From: Octopus sinensis
Lineage: Eukaryota
Assembly (NCBI RefSeq): GCF_006345805.1
Contig: NC_043016.1
Span: forward strand, 8,308,001 to 8,372,000
Length of the DNA stretch: 64,000 bases
Direction of reading: 5' to 3'
In this document: piece by piece, positions 50,041 to 62,343 of the stretch
Numbering within the stretch: the first letter of the stretch is position 1
Layout: the number at the start of each line of letters is the position of its first letter
Made by a program: the position numbers and the translations under genes
The notes under the pieces: generated by a model
Seen by the model: the letters and a program-made list of their open reading frames with translations, nothing else
The model's database searches: none
What the model was told of the DNA's origin: nothing

Positions 50041-51856
50041 ATACACACTGGCTTGGCTGTATGGTAAGAAGCCTGCTTCCCAGCCACATGATCCGGGACA
50101 CTTTGGGCAAGTGTCTTCTTCCATAGCCTTAGGCAGACCAAAGAATCGTGAGTGGATATAGCAGAGGGAAATGGAAAGATTTCCATTGTATACATGTGTA
50201 TATGCATATACTTTTGAGTGTATATGGATCTATGTGGGTAGTAAAGAAATAGAAATAGGACTTCTAATCTTCCACATTCACTACACTTTATTTGGAAACA
50301 GGAGGGTCATCTGGCCATAGAAAATCGACCTCAACAAAGTTCCATGCATCTCATACGAGCATGGAAAAGGATATGTTAAACGATGATGATGATGACAGAA
50401 TCGTCAGCAGAATCGTTAGCACGCCGGGCGAAATGCTTATCGGTATTTTGTCTGTCGCTACGTTCTGAGTTCAAATTCCGCCGAGGTCGACTTTGCCTTT
50501 CATCCTTTCGGAGTCGATAAATTAAGTACCAGTTACGCACTGGGGTCTGTATAATCGACTTAATCTGTTTGTCTGTCATTGTTTGTCCTCTCTGTGTTTA
50601 GCCCCTTGTGGGTAGTAAAGAAAGAGATGATGATGATGATGGTTGCAAAATCTGTCATGAATGCTAAAAATGCTTTAAAATAAACTTAAGTCTTAAAACC
50701 CAACAGATTAACATCTCATGAAGGGTTTATTCAAGTTATGGAGCACATGTCACTAGATTTTGTGGGATCTAAAGAGTTGGTGTCTAGAAGCAAATATCTT
50801 TTAGTAGCAGTCAGTGAATACTCACTTTAATCCATTTGTGTTCCCTTGTGCTGATAATGCCTTTCAGGGAATTATTTTATTTATTTATTTTCGTAGATGG
50901 AACAAAGGTGCTTAATTCATATCTATGGAAATAAGTAAATTTCTAAAATAACAAGAAGTTTTGCCAAGTAAGAACTACCCCTTACAACCCTAGAGGAAAT
51001 AGACACGGAGAAAACCAATGCAACACCATGGAGAAAGTCAGTATTGGTACCTTTAATGCCAAAGAATTTCCTAGAATTTCATTGAGTACTCTTTACTCTT
51101 TTACTTGTTTTAGTCATTTGACTGCGGCCATGCTGGAGCACCGCCTTTAGTCGAGCAAATGAACCCCGGGTCTTATTCTTTGTAAGCCCAGTACTTATTT
51201 TATCGTTCTCTTTTGCCGAACCGCTAAGTGACGGGGACGTAAACACCAGCATCGGTTGTCAAGCAATTGTAGTGACCCTATAGCGGTGCGCGCTCGCGCA
51301 CCGTCCATTTGTATTTCGCGCGTGTTGGTGCCTTTACCAAGGCACAGAAAGGAAGGGCCCTCTCGCGCATGCGCGAACCACCGGAAGCACGACCCTGGCC
51401 AAGGCAGGGTGATCGTAGAACGTTTGACCACTAGCAGCAGCAAGCGGCGACTTGGGACCCAGCGATTGAAGGCGGCGGTCACGCATATATTCTCTCCGGT
51501 TGATAGCAGCAGTCGGCCGAATGCCTTTAACCAAATTGTTGCCGACCACATTCAACTTCCCTGTTCGACGCCATCTTGACCCCTTTCTGGTTTAGCGGCT
51601 GGACATTGTAAATATTACAATCTATTAACTTTCAGCCTTGCGTGCCCAGAATCAAGGACATCAGATAACACACTTATTGTTATTGTTACCAAGAAAGAGA
51701 ATAAAGTAGTATATATATATTTTACGTCTGTGTCTTTGTTGTTTCTGACTGGTAGAATTCTGGATTATTAAAGCAACGGCTAGTGAGTGATTGCTTTCTT
51801 GTACCCCGAAAGTACAAGACAAGATATTCACCACTCACTCATAAGCTCGTTACAAG

Positions 51857-51877
51857 TGGTGACCTGCCGACGTGATT
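51857..51877 (+). other. Primer-binding site complementary to tRNA-Trp 3' end
   Basis: TGGTGACC[TG]CCGACGTGATT vs the expected TGGTGACCCCGACGTGATT; starts 2 nt after the 5' LTR. Confidence 0.8.
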
Positions 51878-53387
51878 CTGGTCTAAAACCAGAGATCACT
51901 TATCAACAAAAAAAATCCAGTTTTTCTGCGAAGTCGGAACACGATTTAACTCTATGCATTCATCTTTCGACGATTTGTTTCCGGCCACCACAAACAGTTG
52001 TAGAAGGAGCCTCTTTCTTATTCTACAGCCATGATGACGAACGCCATCATATCATCGATGTTTTTTCTCTGCCTTCGTCATCATCATCGTCGTCTTTCTA
52101 CTTCACGTCGTCGCTATCTTCGTCGCCATCATCACTAAGAACGATGTTGTCCAAGTCCACTACAGTCGCCTTCTACCACCAACGTCGCCTTTCAACACCG
52201 TCGACCTCCACAAGATGTACATAGCAACTCGCGGAACTTTAGCATGCACGCTGTTTTGTGCATATGCACACCAAGGATAAACAGCACCGTCTATCTACGA
52301 GATTCTTCTGTTCCAGTTAACCTATCACAGCATTGAAGCCACAACCGCTACACATTGTGTTCAACCGGCATCTGCATTTTGTGATCTCAACATTCTGTTA
52401 CAGAACGAACTGCTATTGTACATCAGGCTATTACAGACTGGTAAATTAACTCTTATCTGGAATAGCACTGAGAGACATTTTTTCTATGCGCTGTTTTTAT
52501 ATTTTTGCTCGCATTCACCTTGTATGTATTTCTGTCGCACACACGTACACACACATAAATGCTCTCTCTCACATACATACGTCACACATGCTTTTCTCGC
52601 TTGTTTGTTCCATGCTAAATTTGCCTTTTGTGGACACCCCTCATTTCTATAGACCCTAGGTCGGTCACGTATACATAGAGAGGGTTGTTTGTCCATTATA
52701 ACGCGCCAGCATGTCATACCTTTGTTCCTGTACGAACGAGGCATATAATCGCTCAACCACTGGCATATTCTTGCTGTTTTTTTTGGTCTGGCAAGCACTA
52801 TTGCATTTCATGCGCCTTGCTTCACACGTGTACTTGCCTTGTTTTTGCAACACGTTTGCAGTAGCTTAGTTTTTCCCGACTCATAGGACGTCGGATGTTC
52901 ACATGCGCTACGCCATGTTTAGGCGTAATTATTTTTCCCTGTTAGACCCTTGTTTGGTCACGTAATTAACAGAGAAAATTATCTGTGTCGCGCATCACAC
53001 CAGCATGTTTGCACCTTTGCCTTTTGTGTTGCTAGCGAGCTTCTGTCAATTCCATTTCCTCTCCTGCAGCAATTGATTTAACTGCTATTTTGCAGGATCA
53101 ACCACCTTTAGAGAAGTTGGATTTTAATTTCGTTTAGGTTCATTAACTGTGAGTTTTGCTTTCCCTCCGCTCCTTTCAGCGGAAGGGTTTATACTTTGTG
53201 ACGTATACACTTTCATGCATGCACTCTTGATTTTTGCTCATTGAGTATTTTTTCTCTTTTTCCTTTAGTAAATTTTTTGTGTATGTTATAAATTTTGCCA
53301 TTATATTATTGTGTGCTATTTGGTTATCTGGTGTCCACCTTGAGTTTTGCAGTCACTACAATAAGTTTCCTTTCGTGCGTACGCACT

Positions 53388-53398
53388 GGAGGGGAGCC
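53388..53398 (+). other. Polypurine tract
   Basis: GGAGGGGAGCC immediately before the 3' LTR TG. Confidence 0.8.
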
Positions 53399-56300
53399 TG
53401 TAGTGACCCTATAGCGGTGCGCGCTCGCACACCGTCCATTTGTATTTCGCGCATGTTGGTGCCTTTACCAAGGCACAGAAAGGAAGGGCCCTCTCGCGCA
53501 TGCGCGAACCACTGGAAGCACGACCCTGGCCAAGGCAGGGGGATCGTAGAACGTTTGACCACTAGCAGCAGCAAGCGGCGACTTGGGACCCAGCGATTGA
53601 AGGCGGCGGTCACGCATATATTCTCTCCGGTTGATAGCAGCAGTCGGCCGAATGCCTTTAACCAAATTGTTGCCAACCACATTCAACTTCCCTGTTCGAC
53701 GCCATCTTGACCCCTTTCTGGTTTAGCGGCTGGACATTGTAAATATTACAATCTATTAACTTTCAGCCTTGCGTGCCCAGAATCAAGGACATCAGATAAC
53801 GCACTTATTGTTATTGTTACCAAGAAAGAGAATAAAGTAGTATATATATATTTTACGTCTGCGTCTTGTTGTTTCTGACTGGTAGAATTCTGGATTATTA
53901 AAGCAACGGCTAGTGAGTGATTGCTTTCTTGTACCCCGAAAGTACAAGACAAGATATTCACTTTCACACTAAGCTCGTTTCACAATGCTAGGGGGACAAA
54001 CACAGACACACACATACATATATATACATATATACGACAGGCTTCTTTCAGTTTCCGTCTACCAAATCCACTCACAAGGCATTGGTCGGCCCGAGGCTAT
54101 AGCAGAAGACACTTGCCCAAGATGCCACGCAGTGGGACTGAACCCGGAACAATGTGGTTGGTTAGCAAGCTACTTACCACACATCCACTCCTGCGCCTAG
54201 TAGGTATTCTTTTGGAAGAACTTCTATTCAATTCACTCACTGCTTACATCTGTTACAAATGAATAGCTTCATGTTCATTTTTTTTTTCTTTCTTCTCTTT
54301 CTCTTTGTAGATGCTGTTTTCCAGTTACCTGCTTGACTAATTTACTTGCTTGACTAATTACTCTTGAGCCTACACTCATAAAAGAAACATGCACACACAT
54401 ACAAATGTAAATCCTTCAGTGGAAGAAAACAAAACCACTGGATTGCAATGCCAAGTTTGTATAAGATTAGGAAAGTAACGGTGATTTGTCATGATAGACA
54501 ACATGGAAAGGTGGAACAATTAAGCCTATGGAATCAGACTTACCAATTGCTAACTCTTCTGCAGATCTTAGCAACACTTGATTCTCTGTTTCATGACAAG
54601 ACTATTTCTGAAGAAAGGTCTCTTTAATTAACAGTGATAGCGAGATCATTACACTGAGCCCCATCATGCTTATTGCTTGCATTAACGAGCTTTATAGTTA
54701 GCAGGAAACTAACAGATCACCCAAGACCTAATTAGTGACTTTATTAAATTAAATTGTACAAACATAAAGTCTAATTCCAGTTTGGTGTTATAAAAGTAAA
54801 AATATTAACTTTTGTTAATTTTGCAAGGTCTTTATTGTTTTTCTGAAATGAATGTGAGTGAATGTTGTGGTTCTATTTCCCTTTAACAATGTATCATATG
54901 TTTGGGGTGGTGGTTCTCTTTTACTTAAACCAGGTATTGCATTTATAACACATTGAAGCATCAGGTGATGGAGGAGGAATTCATTGCTTTACTTAAACCA
55001 ACTAGATACTCAGATGTAGCATCATTTGGTGGATGAAATCTTTGTTTATAGTCATCATCATAATCATCAACATAACCAATCATCTTCATCATCTAATGTC
55101 CATTTTGCCAGGCTTGTATTGGTCAGATGGAAATTGGCGAGGCAAATTTTCAATAGCTGGATGCCCTTCCTATTACCTATTTCTTTACTATCCACAAGGG
55201 GCTAAACACAGAAGGGACAATCAAGGACAGACAAATGGATTAAGTCGATTATATCAACCCCTGTGCGTAACTGGTACTTATTTAATCGACCCCAAAAGGA
55301 TGAAAGGTAAAGTCGACCTCAGCGGAATTTGAACTCAGAACGTAGAGGCAGACGAAATACTGCTTAGCATTTCGCCCGGTGTGCTAACGTTTCTGCCAGC
55401 TCGCCACCTTATGCCCTTCCTATTACCAACTCTAACCTGTTTCCAGGTGAAGTAATATTTCCCTATGAACAGACATGTTTTCACAAATAACACTGCTTCT
55501 AATATGGTGATGCTTGTTTACAAGCATAATGTAAAGACAAGAGTACACGCAAAGCGCACATATACACAGTCTATGGGTGAAGGGAATGAAATAGGTAGTT
55601 ATGTACTATACATTTCCAAAAGACTTTCCAAATGGGTACTATGTAACTTTAAGGTGCTACACAGATTTTCAGTGTTCCTTCTGTTTGAGCACTTTCTACG
55701 TGACACTTAAGTCCATTGTTGTAAAAAATTTGCTGAGAGAAACCCAGGAAAATTTTATACATTTTTCCTGGTTTTGAAAACCAAGAAAGGGTAGTGGAGG
55801 TAGGAATGTGTTAAGCAACCAATCATTTACCTCTTCTACAAACAAACTCCAGTGAAATAGGAATGGGTGTGAGTTTAAGAAGGCCATTTCATTATCTGTA
55901 TAAATGGAGTTTATGGGGTGGTTTTGGATAGATCATCATCACCATCATCATTGTTTAACGTCCATTTTCCATGCTAGGATGGGTTGGATGGTTTGACTGG
56001 GGTCTTGGGAATCCAGGAGGCTGCACCAGGCTCCAGTCTGATCTGGCAGTGTTTCTACAGCTGGATGTCCTTCCTAATGCCAACCACTCCATGAGTGTAG
56101 TGGATGCTTTTTACGTGGATGCTTTAGTGGATTCTTTTTACAAGGGGCTAAACACAGAGAGGACAAACAAGGACAGACACACGGATTAAGTCGATTATAT
56201 CGACCCCAGTGCATAACTGGTACTTATTTAATCGACCCTGAAAGGATGAAAGGCAAAGCTGACCTCGGCGGAATTTGAACTCAGAACGTAATGGCAGACA

Positions 56301-56683
56301 AAATACCGCTTAGCATTTTGCCTGGCCTGCTAACGTTTCTGCCAGCTCACCTTCATTACTACCTATCCACCCAACCAATCTTGGTTTCTAAGCTTGATCT
56401 GCAAGAAAAACCAACCAAATATCAATCAAATCATACCATATCATTTTAAATGAAGGACGCGTTGGATGTAGAGGTACTATAAGCACTGTATGAAAAAATG
56501 AGAAAGGATGGTCATGGCTTGAAAAAATTTTTAGATCAAGCATGGGTCTGCTGGATTAAGGTTGACCAAGGGCTAAATAATCAAGGACAAGACTTCGACA
56601 ACAACTTCCACTGTGACAGTATCACCTTCACCACCACCATCAGTATGAAAGATTCTTGCCTGTTTGGTCACATTTGTCAGCAT

Positions 56684-56716
<33 letters not shown>

Positions 56717-56859
56717 GAGAAGGGGGTAGAAATGAAGAATGTGGGAGAGAGAAATGGAGAGTGTTGCGATCATATTATGTGGGCTAAAGAGGATTTCATA
56801 GCAGGATATGTCAGTTCCATTGTGAACTTAAATGGAGGGGAGAGACGGAAGGAGAGAGG

Positions 56860-56894
<35 letters not shown>

Positions 56895-57059
56895 AGAGAC
56901 AAACAGCTGAATAAGACAAGATGCTGATTCAAGAGGGAGGAGAAGAGGAAGAGGCACAAAGTTTTTTTTTTATTCCATCATTTTACAACTAATAATGACA
57001 ATGGCGGCGGTGGTGTTGGTGAAAGTATAGGTATTGGTGAAGATGGTGGCATTGGTAGT

Positions 57060-57975
57060 GTTGGAGGAGATGGTGATGTTGTAGGAGGTGGTGGTGGTGT
57101 GTGTATGTGTGGAGGCAGCTTTAGTGTTGGCGGATATGATGGTGATGTTGTTGGAGGTGGTAGTATGTATGTGTGTGTGTGGAGGCGGCATTAGTGTTGG
57201 CGGATATGATGGTGGAGGTGGTAGTGATGTTGTTGGAGGTGGTGTGTGTGTGTGTGTGTGGAGGCGGCATTAGTATTGGTGGATATGATGGTGGAGGCGG
57301 TGGTGATGCTGTTGGAGGTGGTGGTGTGTGTGTGTGTGTGGAGGCGGTGGTGATGTTGTTGGAGGTGGTGTATGTGTGTGTGGAGGTGGCATTAGTGTTA
57401 GTGGATATGATGGTGGAGGTGGTGGTGATGTTGTTGGAGGAGGTGATGGTGTGTGTGTGTGTGGAGGTGGCATTAGTGTTGGTGGATATGATGGTGGAGG
57501 TGGTGGTGATGTTGTTGGAGGAGGTGGTGGTGTGTGTGTGTGGAGGCGGCATTAGTGTTGGTGGATATGATGGTGGAGGCGGTGGTGATGTTGTTGGAGG
57601 AGGTGGTGGTGTGTGTGTGTGGAGGCGGCATTAGTGTTGGTGGATATGATGGAGGTGGTGGTGATGTTGTTGGAGGAGGTGGTGTGTGTGTGTGTGTGTG
57701 TGTGGAGGCAGCATTAGTGTTGGTGGATATGATGGTGGAGGCGGTGGTGATGTTGTTGGAGGAGGTGGTGGTGTGTGTGTGTGTGTGGAGGCGGCATTAG
57801 TGTTGGTGGATATGATGGTGGAGGCGGTGGTGATGTTGTTGGAGGAGGTGGTGGTGTGTGTGGAGGCGGCATTAGTGTTGGTGGATATGATGGAGGCGGT
57901 GGTGATGTTGTTGGAGGTGGTGGTGGTGTGTGTGTGTGTATGGAGGCAGCATTAATGTTGGTGGATATGATGGTG
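57060..57975. repeat. G/T-rich minisatellite, ~80-bp unit x11, with embedded (GT)n
   Basis: Anchor TTAGTGTTGG..GGATATGATGG at 57121, 57191, 57270, 57392, 57473, 57552, 57631, 57714, 57797, 57872 and 57952. Confidence 0.92.
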
Positions 57976-58749
57976 GTACCAGTCAAGGTGTGTAATGTTG
58001 GTGTATGTAGTGGTGGTGCTGATGTTGGTGGATATGAAGCTGTTGGCTTAGAGGTTGGTGGTAGCAGTGGACGCAGTAAAGGTGAGGGAGGCGGCAGTAA
58101 AGGTGAGGACGGGGTGGAGGTGGGGGGAGGGGTTGGAGAGATTACGAGGAGGATGTCATGTCATACTTCCACTGCCTGACATACAGACAATCTCTCATAT
58201 TTTAGGGATCCAAGCAGCTGTTACTAAGCCACACACGATGATGACAACGATGATGATGATGATGATGATGATGATGATAATGATGGAGGTGGTGGTAACC
58301 CATCAAACACCTCTGAGTCTCAGAGGCAACACAAAGAGAAAAACTTCATCTCTATCTAAATAAGCATGCTGGCAAACATCTCTCCCCACCTCTCTCGTCA
58401 AATTACATAACACCAACCTCAAAACTAACAGTCCGTCTGTTACTATTCAAACCTTTTGTCACTTTATTTCTGTTGAAACACACTCCATTTGTTTCAGTAA
58501 ATTTTGAAAAATTATGTAGAATTTAGTAAAAATAACTTTGTGGATATGAAAACTGGTGTTTGCAACGTAAAAAATAAACACGAAATTTTGATGGAAAGTT
58601 TCTTTTTTTTTTTTTAATTTAGATGATTATTTGTTTTTTTAAACTAGGTATTTATATCCCAGAACTAGGAGCAGTCTTAGGGGAATTGGTATCCTACCAG
58701 CAGCAGTAAACCATTTCCAGCCTATTGCCACTTATTACAGCTAGGTTTA

Positions 58750-59215
58750 AGGTGGTGAGCTGGCAGAATCATTGGCATGCAGGGATGAAATGCTTAGCGG
58801 TATTTCGCTCATTGAACAAGCTGGCAGAAACGTTAGCACGCTGGGTGAAATGCGTAGCCGTATTTCGTCTGCCTTTACGTTGTGAGTTCAAATTCCACTG
58901 AGGTCGACTTTGCCTTTCATCCTTTCGGGGGGTCGATAAATTAAGTACCAGTTACGCACTGGGGTCAATGTAATCAACTTAATCCATTTCTCTGTCCTTG
59001 TTTGTCCCCTCTGTGTTTAGCCCCTTGCGGGTAGTAAAGAAATAGGTATTTCGCCCATTGCCACATACTAAGTTTAAATTCCACTGAGGTCAACTTTACC
59101 TTTCATCCTTTTGGGGGCCCCGATAAAAATCAGTAGCAGTGAAACATTGGGCTCAATGTAATCAACTCATCCACTCCCTCCAAAATTGCTGCCCTTGTGG
59201 CAAAATTCGAAACCA
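58750..59215 (+). mobile_element. SINE B nested in an older B-related copy
   Basis: GGTATTTCGCTCATTG (58799-58814) and GGTATTTCGCCCATTG (59045-59060) flank the younger copy. Confidence 0.8.
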
Positions 59216-59467
59216 TTAAACAGCTAGGTCTGGACACTGGGTCGTTTAGGAGAGTTAAAACATCTTCGACACACTTACTCACCTCACTGTAATTTAACAC
59301 TTCATTCAAAGATGACTTATATTTTTTTTTTAGAAAAGTGTACATCACATCTTAAATTCAGGCCACATCTTAGAAATCTCAAGTATGTAATAATATTTAA
59401 TATTAGTGCACCAGCGGTTGACAATGAATAAATAATTTAGGTCACAGAAATAAAGAAAAAAAAAATA

Positions 59468-59500
<33 letters not shown>

Positions 59501-60471
59501 TGCAAATTGTGACTTATTATTTTTATTCTTATTTATTTATTTATCTATCAGTATTTAAGTGGAGAAATTTTTTTCATTGCTTCTAATTTGTGTTAGAACA
59601 CCAACACAACCTTGAAAAAGAAAAAAAAAAATTATTAAAATACGAAAAACAACAATATCACTAACTATCCGTAGCATTGTGTTTGCCAGAGCAAGGTCTT
59701 TTACAAGGCTAAACTATTTGTGGTACTATAAAAGTACACAGGTCACCAACAAAACAAGGAAGATTCTAGCAAGTTAAATGACTCGCTAGAAATAGCAGCC
59801 AAATAAAAACTTCTCAAATCGCAAATGTTTTTTATTTTCTTTGTTTTTTTCTTTTTTCAATTTTTGTTAAAGGATGTAGTTCTAGATCAACCACGGGCTT
59901 AGATCAACCCTATTCAGTCCTTTTCTGAGAAAGGGGCTAAATAGGGGGACATGTCCCATTACAAATATACAAAGTAATTTGTTGTTTAGGTTTGCCATTC
60001 AAATGCCCATAACCATCCTAAATACAGGAAGCTTGAATAAAGGGCCAAAATGAAGTGTCTTGACTACACAGGCACAAAACTATGTAGTATGGAGTTTGTT
60101 TCCTCATCGCATGGCTTTGGGTTCAGTCTCACTGTGTGGTACCTTGGGCAAACGTTTTCTATTATAGCCTTGAACTGACCAAATCCTTGTCAGTGGATTT
60201 GGTAGATGGAAACTGAAAGAAGCCCATCATCTATGTGTTTGAAATATAAAAGGTTTCTTCCATTTTTCCTGAGCAATAAACTAATATAGCATTTGTTGTT
60301 TTTATATTGCCTTTGTATTTTTTTATCATTATTTGACCCTATATATATATATATATATATATATAGTATATATATATTATATATATATACATATTCAAAA
60401 TGTGAGCACGTGTGTACTGTTGGTGATTTTTTTCCTCCGTCTTCCCTTCTCTGGATCTTTCCTTTTCCTAT

Positions 60472-60506
60472 GTTTCTGATGAAGAGCTCTGCTCGAAATG
60501 TAAAAC
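60472..60506 (+). ncRNA. Minimal Type I hammerhead-like motif (Penelope-type)
   Basis: GTTT-CTGATGA-A-GAGC-tct-GCTC-GAAA-TGT-A-AAAC, inside a ~185-bp element at 60398-60585. Confidence 0.55.
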
Positions 60507-60591
60507 CCTCCTTCTTCCCTTCCTTCCTGAGCGTCCAATAATACTATATTTGTTCCACGTCCTCGTGTTGTTGTGTTTTCATGTTTGGGTT

Positions 60592-60632
<41 letters not shown>

Positions 60633-61299
60633 ATAATATATGTGTAAATGTATGTGTGTGTATGTGTGTGAGTGTATATGTATGTGAGAGTGTGTGTGTG
60701 TGTACGTGTGTATGCGCACATGCGTTTGTGTGTTTGTGCATGCACGTGCATTTTTTGTCTGTGTTTGTCCCAGCACTTGACACCTGGCGTTGGTTTGTTT
60801 GCAAAAGAGATGGATAAAATAAGCAACAGGCTTAGAAAATAAGAAATGGCGTCAAATTGTTTGACTAAAACCTCCAAGCTGGCGCCCCAGCATGGCCACA
60901 GTCCAAGAATGAAAACAAGCAAAAGATAAAACATGAAAGAAAAAGGTAATATACGAGGTTGATCAAGACAGAATTGGCATTAAACAACAACAACAACAAC
61001 CATGATAACACCAAAAAGAAGACTATTTAATGCGTTAATAATTTTCGTAGATCGACAGGAAACCAAGATGCCTGGCTTTAAATTGCTCCAATAAAAGCAA
61101 AACAGTCAAAACGAACAACATAATTAGAGTCCTTAAACCATAACAAAACAGTAACAGGAACCCTAACCTATGCATTATATACATATATATATATATAGCT
61201 AATCCAAACATGAAAACACAAAGAGAAAACACAACAACGCGAGGACGTGGAACAAGTATAGTGGTATTGGATGCGCAGGAAAGGAAAGAAAGAAGGAGG

Positions 61300-61334
61300 A
61301 TTTAACGTTTCGAGCGGAGCTCTTCGTCAGAAAC
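61300..61334 (-). ncRNA. Minimal Type I hammerhead-like motif (Penelope-type)
   Basis: GTTT-CTGACGA-A-GAGC-tcc-GCTC-GAAA-CGT-T-AAAT with palindromic ACGT helix III, inside the inverted copy at 61195-61405. Confidence 0.55.
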
Positions 61335-61546
61335 ATAGGAAAAGGAAAGATCCAAGGAAAGGAAGACAGAGGAAAAAAATTGCCAACGGTACACACGTGC
61401 TCACATTATGAGTGTGTGCATGCACGTGCATATTTTGTCTGTGTTTGTCCCAGCACTTGACACCTGTGTGTTTTTTTTTTTGCAAAAGAGATGGATAAAA
61501 TAAGCAACAGGCTTATATATATATATATATATTATATATATATATA

Positions 61547-61895
61547 GGTGCAGGAGTGGCTGTGTGGTAAATAGCTTGCATAGCAACCACATGGTTCCGG
61601 GTTCATTCCCACTGCATGGCACCTTGGGCAAGTGTCTTCTACTATATCCTCGGGCCAACCAAAGCCTTGTGAGTGAATTTGGTAGACGGAAACTGAAAGA
61701 AGCCCGTCATATATATGTATATATATATATGTGTGTGTGTGTGTTTACGTCCCCCGTAACTTAGCGGTTCGGCAAAAGAGACCGACAGAATAAGTACTAG
61801 GCTTACAAAGAATAAGTCCAGGGGTTGATTTGCTTGACTAAAAGCAGTGCTCCAGCATGGCCACAGTCAAATGACTGAAACAAGTAAAAGAGTAA
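61547..61895 (+). mobile_element. SINE family A
   Basis: Matches the family A consensus, with a shortened middle. Confidence 0.85.
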
Positions 61896-61999
61896 AGAAC
61901 ATATATATATAGTTGAAATTTATAGAAAAACAAAAGACAAAGACAGGTGTATGAAGAACAAGAAGGTGTATAGTTTGACACTGGGGTAAGTGAGAAACT

Positions 62000-62035
62000 C
62001 TTTTATGTTTCGAGCCTATGCTCTTCAACAGAAAG
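62000..62035 (-). ncRNA. Degenerate minimal hammerhead-like motif in a different element
   Basis: CTTT-CTGTTGA-A-GAGC-atag-GCTC-GAAA-CAT-A-AAAG; the core has A6>U. Confidence 0.35.
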
Positions 62036-62343
62036 GAATGAGAGAAAATAAAAAGACTTGTGGATTTAGCGATCAGGCATAAATGTGAGTTGCTAACAGT
62101 TTCTTGCATTAGAGATGCAGGCCTAGGCAGGATTTTACAACATATGTTATACCTCCAAGCAATCTATACATCATTATTATTATTTAATGTCCATTTTTCA
62201 TGCTGGCATCGGTTGGATGATTTGACAAGGACTGGCTAGGTAGAAGACTACACCAGGCTTCATTGTCCATTTCGGCATGGTTTTTGCAGCTGTATGCTCT
62301 TTTTAACACTGACCACCTTACAAAATAGACTGAGTACTTTGTA

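Larger units (their letters stand above)
51268..53982 (+). mobile_element. Complete non-autonomous LTR retroelement (Gypsy-like signals), 2715 bp
   Basis: LTRs 51268-51854 and 53399-53982 (TG...CA, about 98% identical), TSD CAAT, PBS and PPT present, no gag/pol ORF recognised. Confidence 0.92.
51085..54197 (-). mobile_element. SINE family A split by the LTR element (pieces 51085-51267 and 53983-54197)
   Basis: Joining the pieces restores GTTGTCAAGCAATGCTAGGGGGACAAAC, as in the intact copy at 14380-14410. Confidence 0.9.

Noticed and set aside
51195-51579. ORFs of 107-158 aa here and at 53234-53710
   Set aside because: They lie within the duplicated LTRs on both strands, with no gag, pol or env motifs.
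51950-52230. Possible gag zinc-knuckle relic (FYHQRR after a Ser-rich tract)
   Set aside because: The Cys/His spacing of a knuckle is absent and the similarity is too short to support.
54566-54630. Good acceptor (CTAAC...TTCTGCAG) followed by ILATLDSLFHDKTISEE
   Set aside because: No consensus donor before the stop and no recognisable homology.
57088-58179. Gly/Val-rich GGYDGGGG and extensin-like PPPHT ORFs resembling suckerin or structural proteins
   Set aside because: Unit spacings (70, 79, 122, 81, 79, 79, 83, 83, 75, 80) are mostly not multiples of 3, so the frame is not preserved. No signal peptide or splice context was seen.
58310-58326. Palindrome CCTCTGAG-T-CTCAGAGG
   Set aside because: A single 8-bp-arm palindrome is compatible with chance in 64 kb and has no supporting context.
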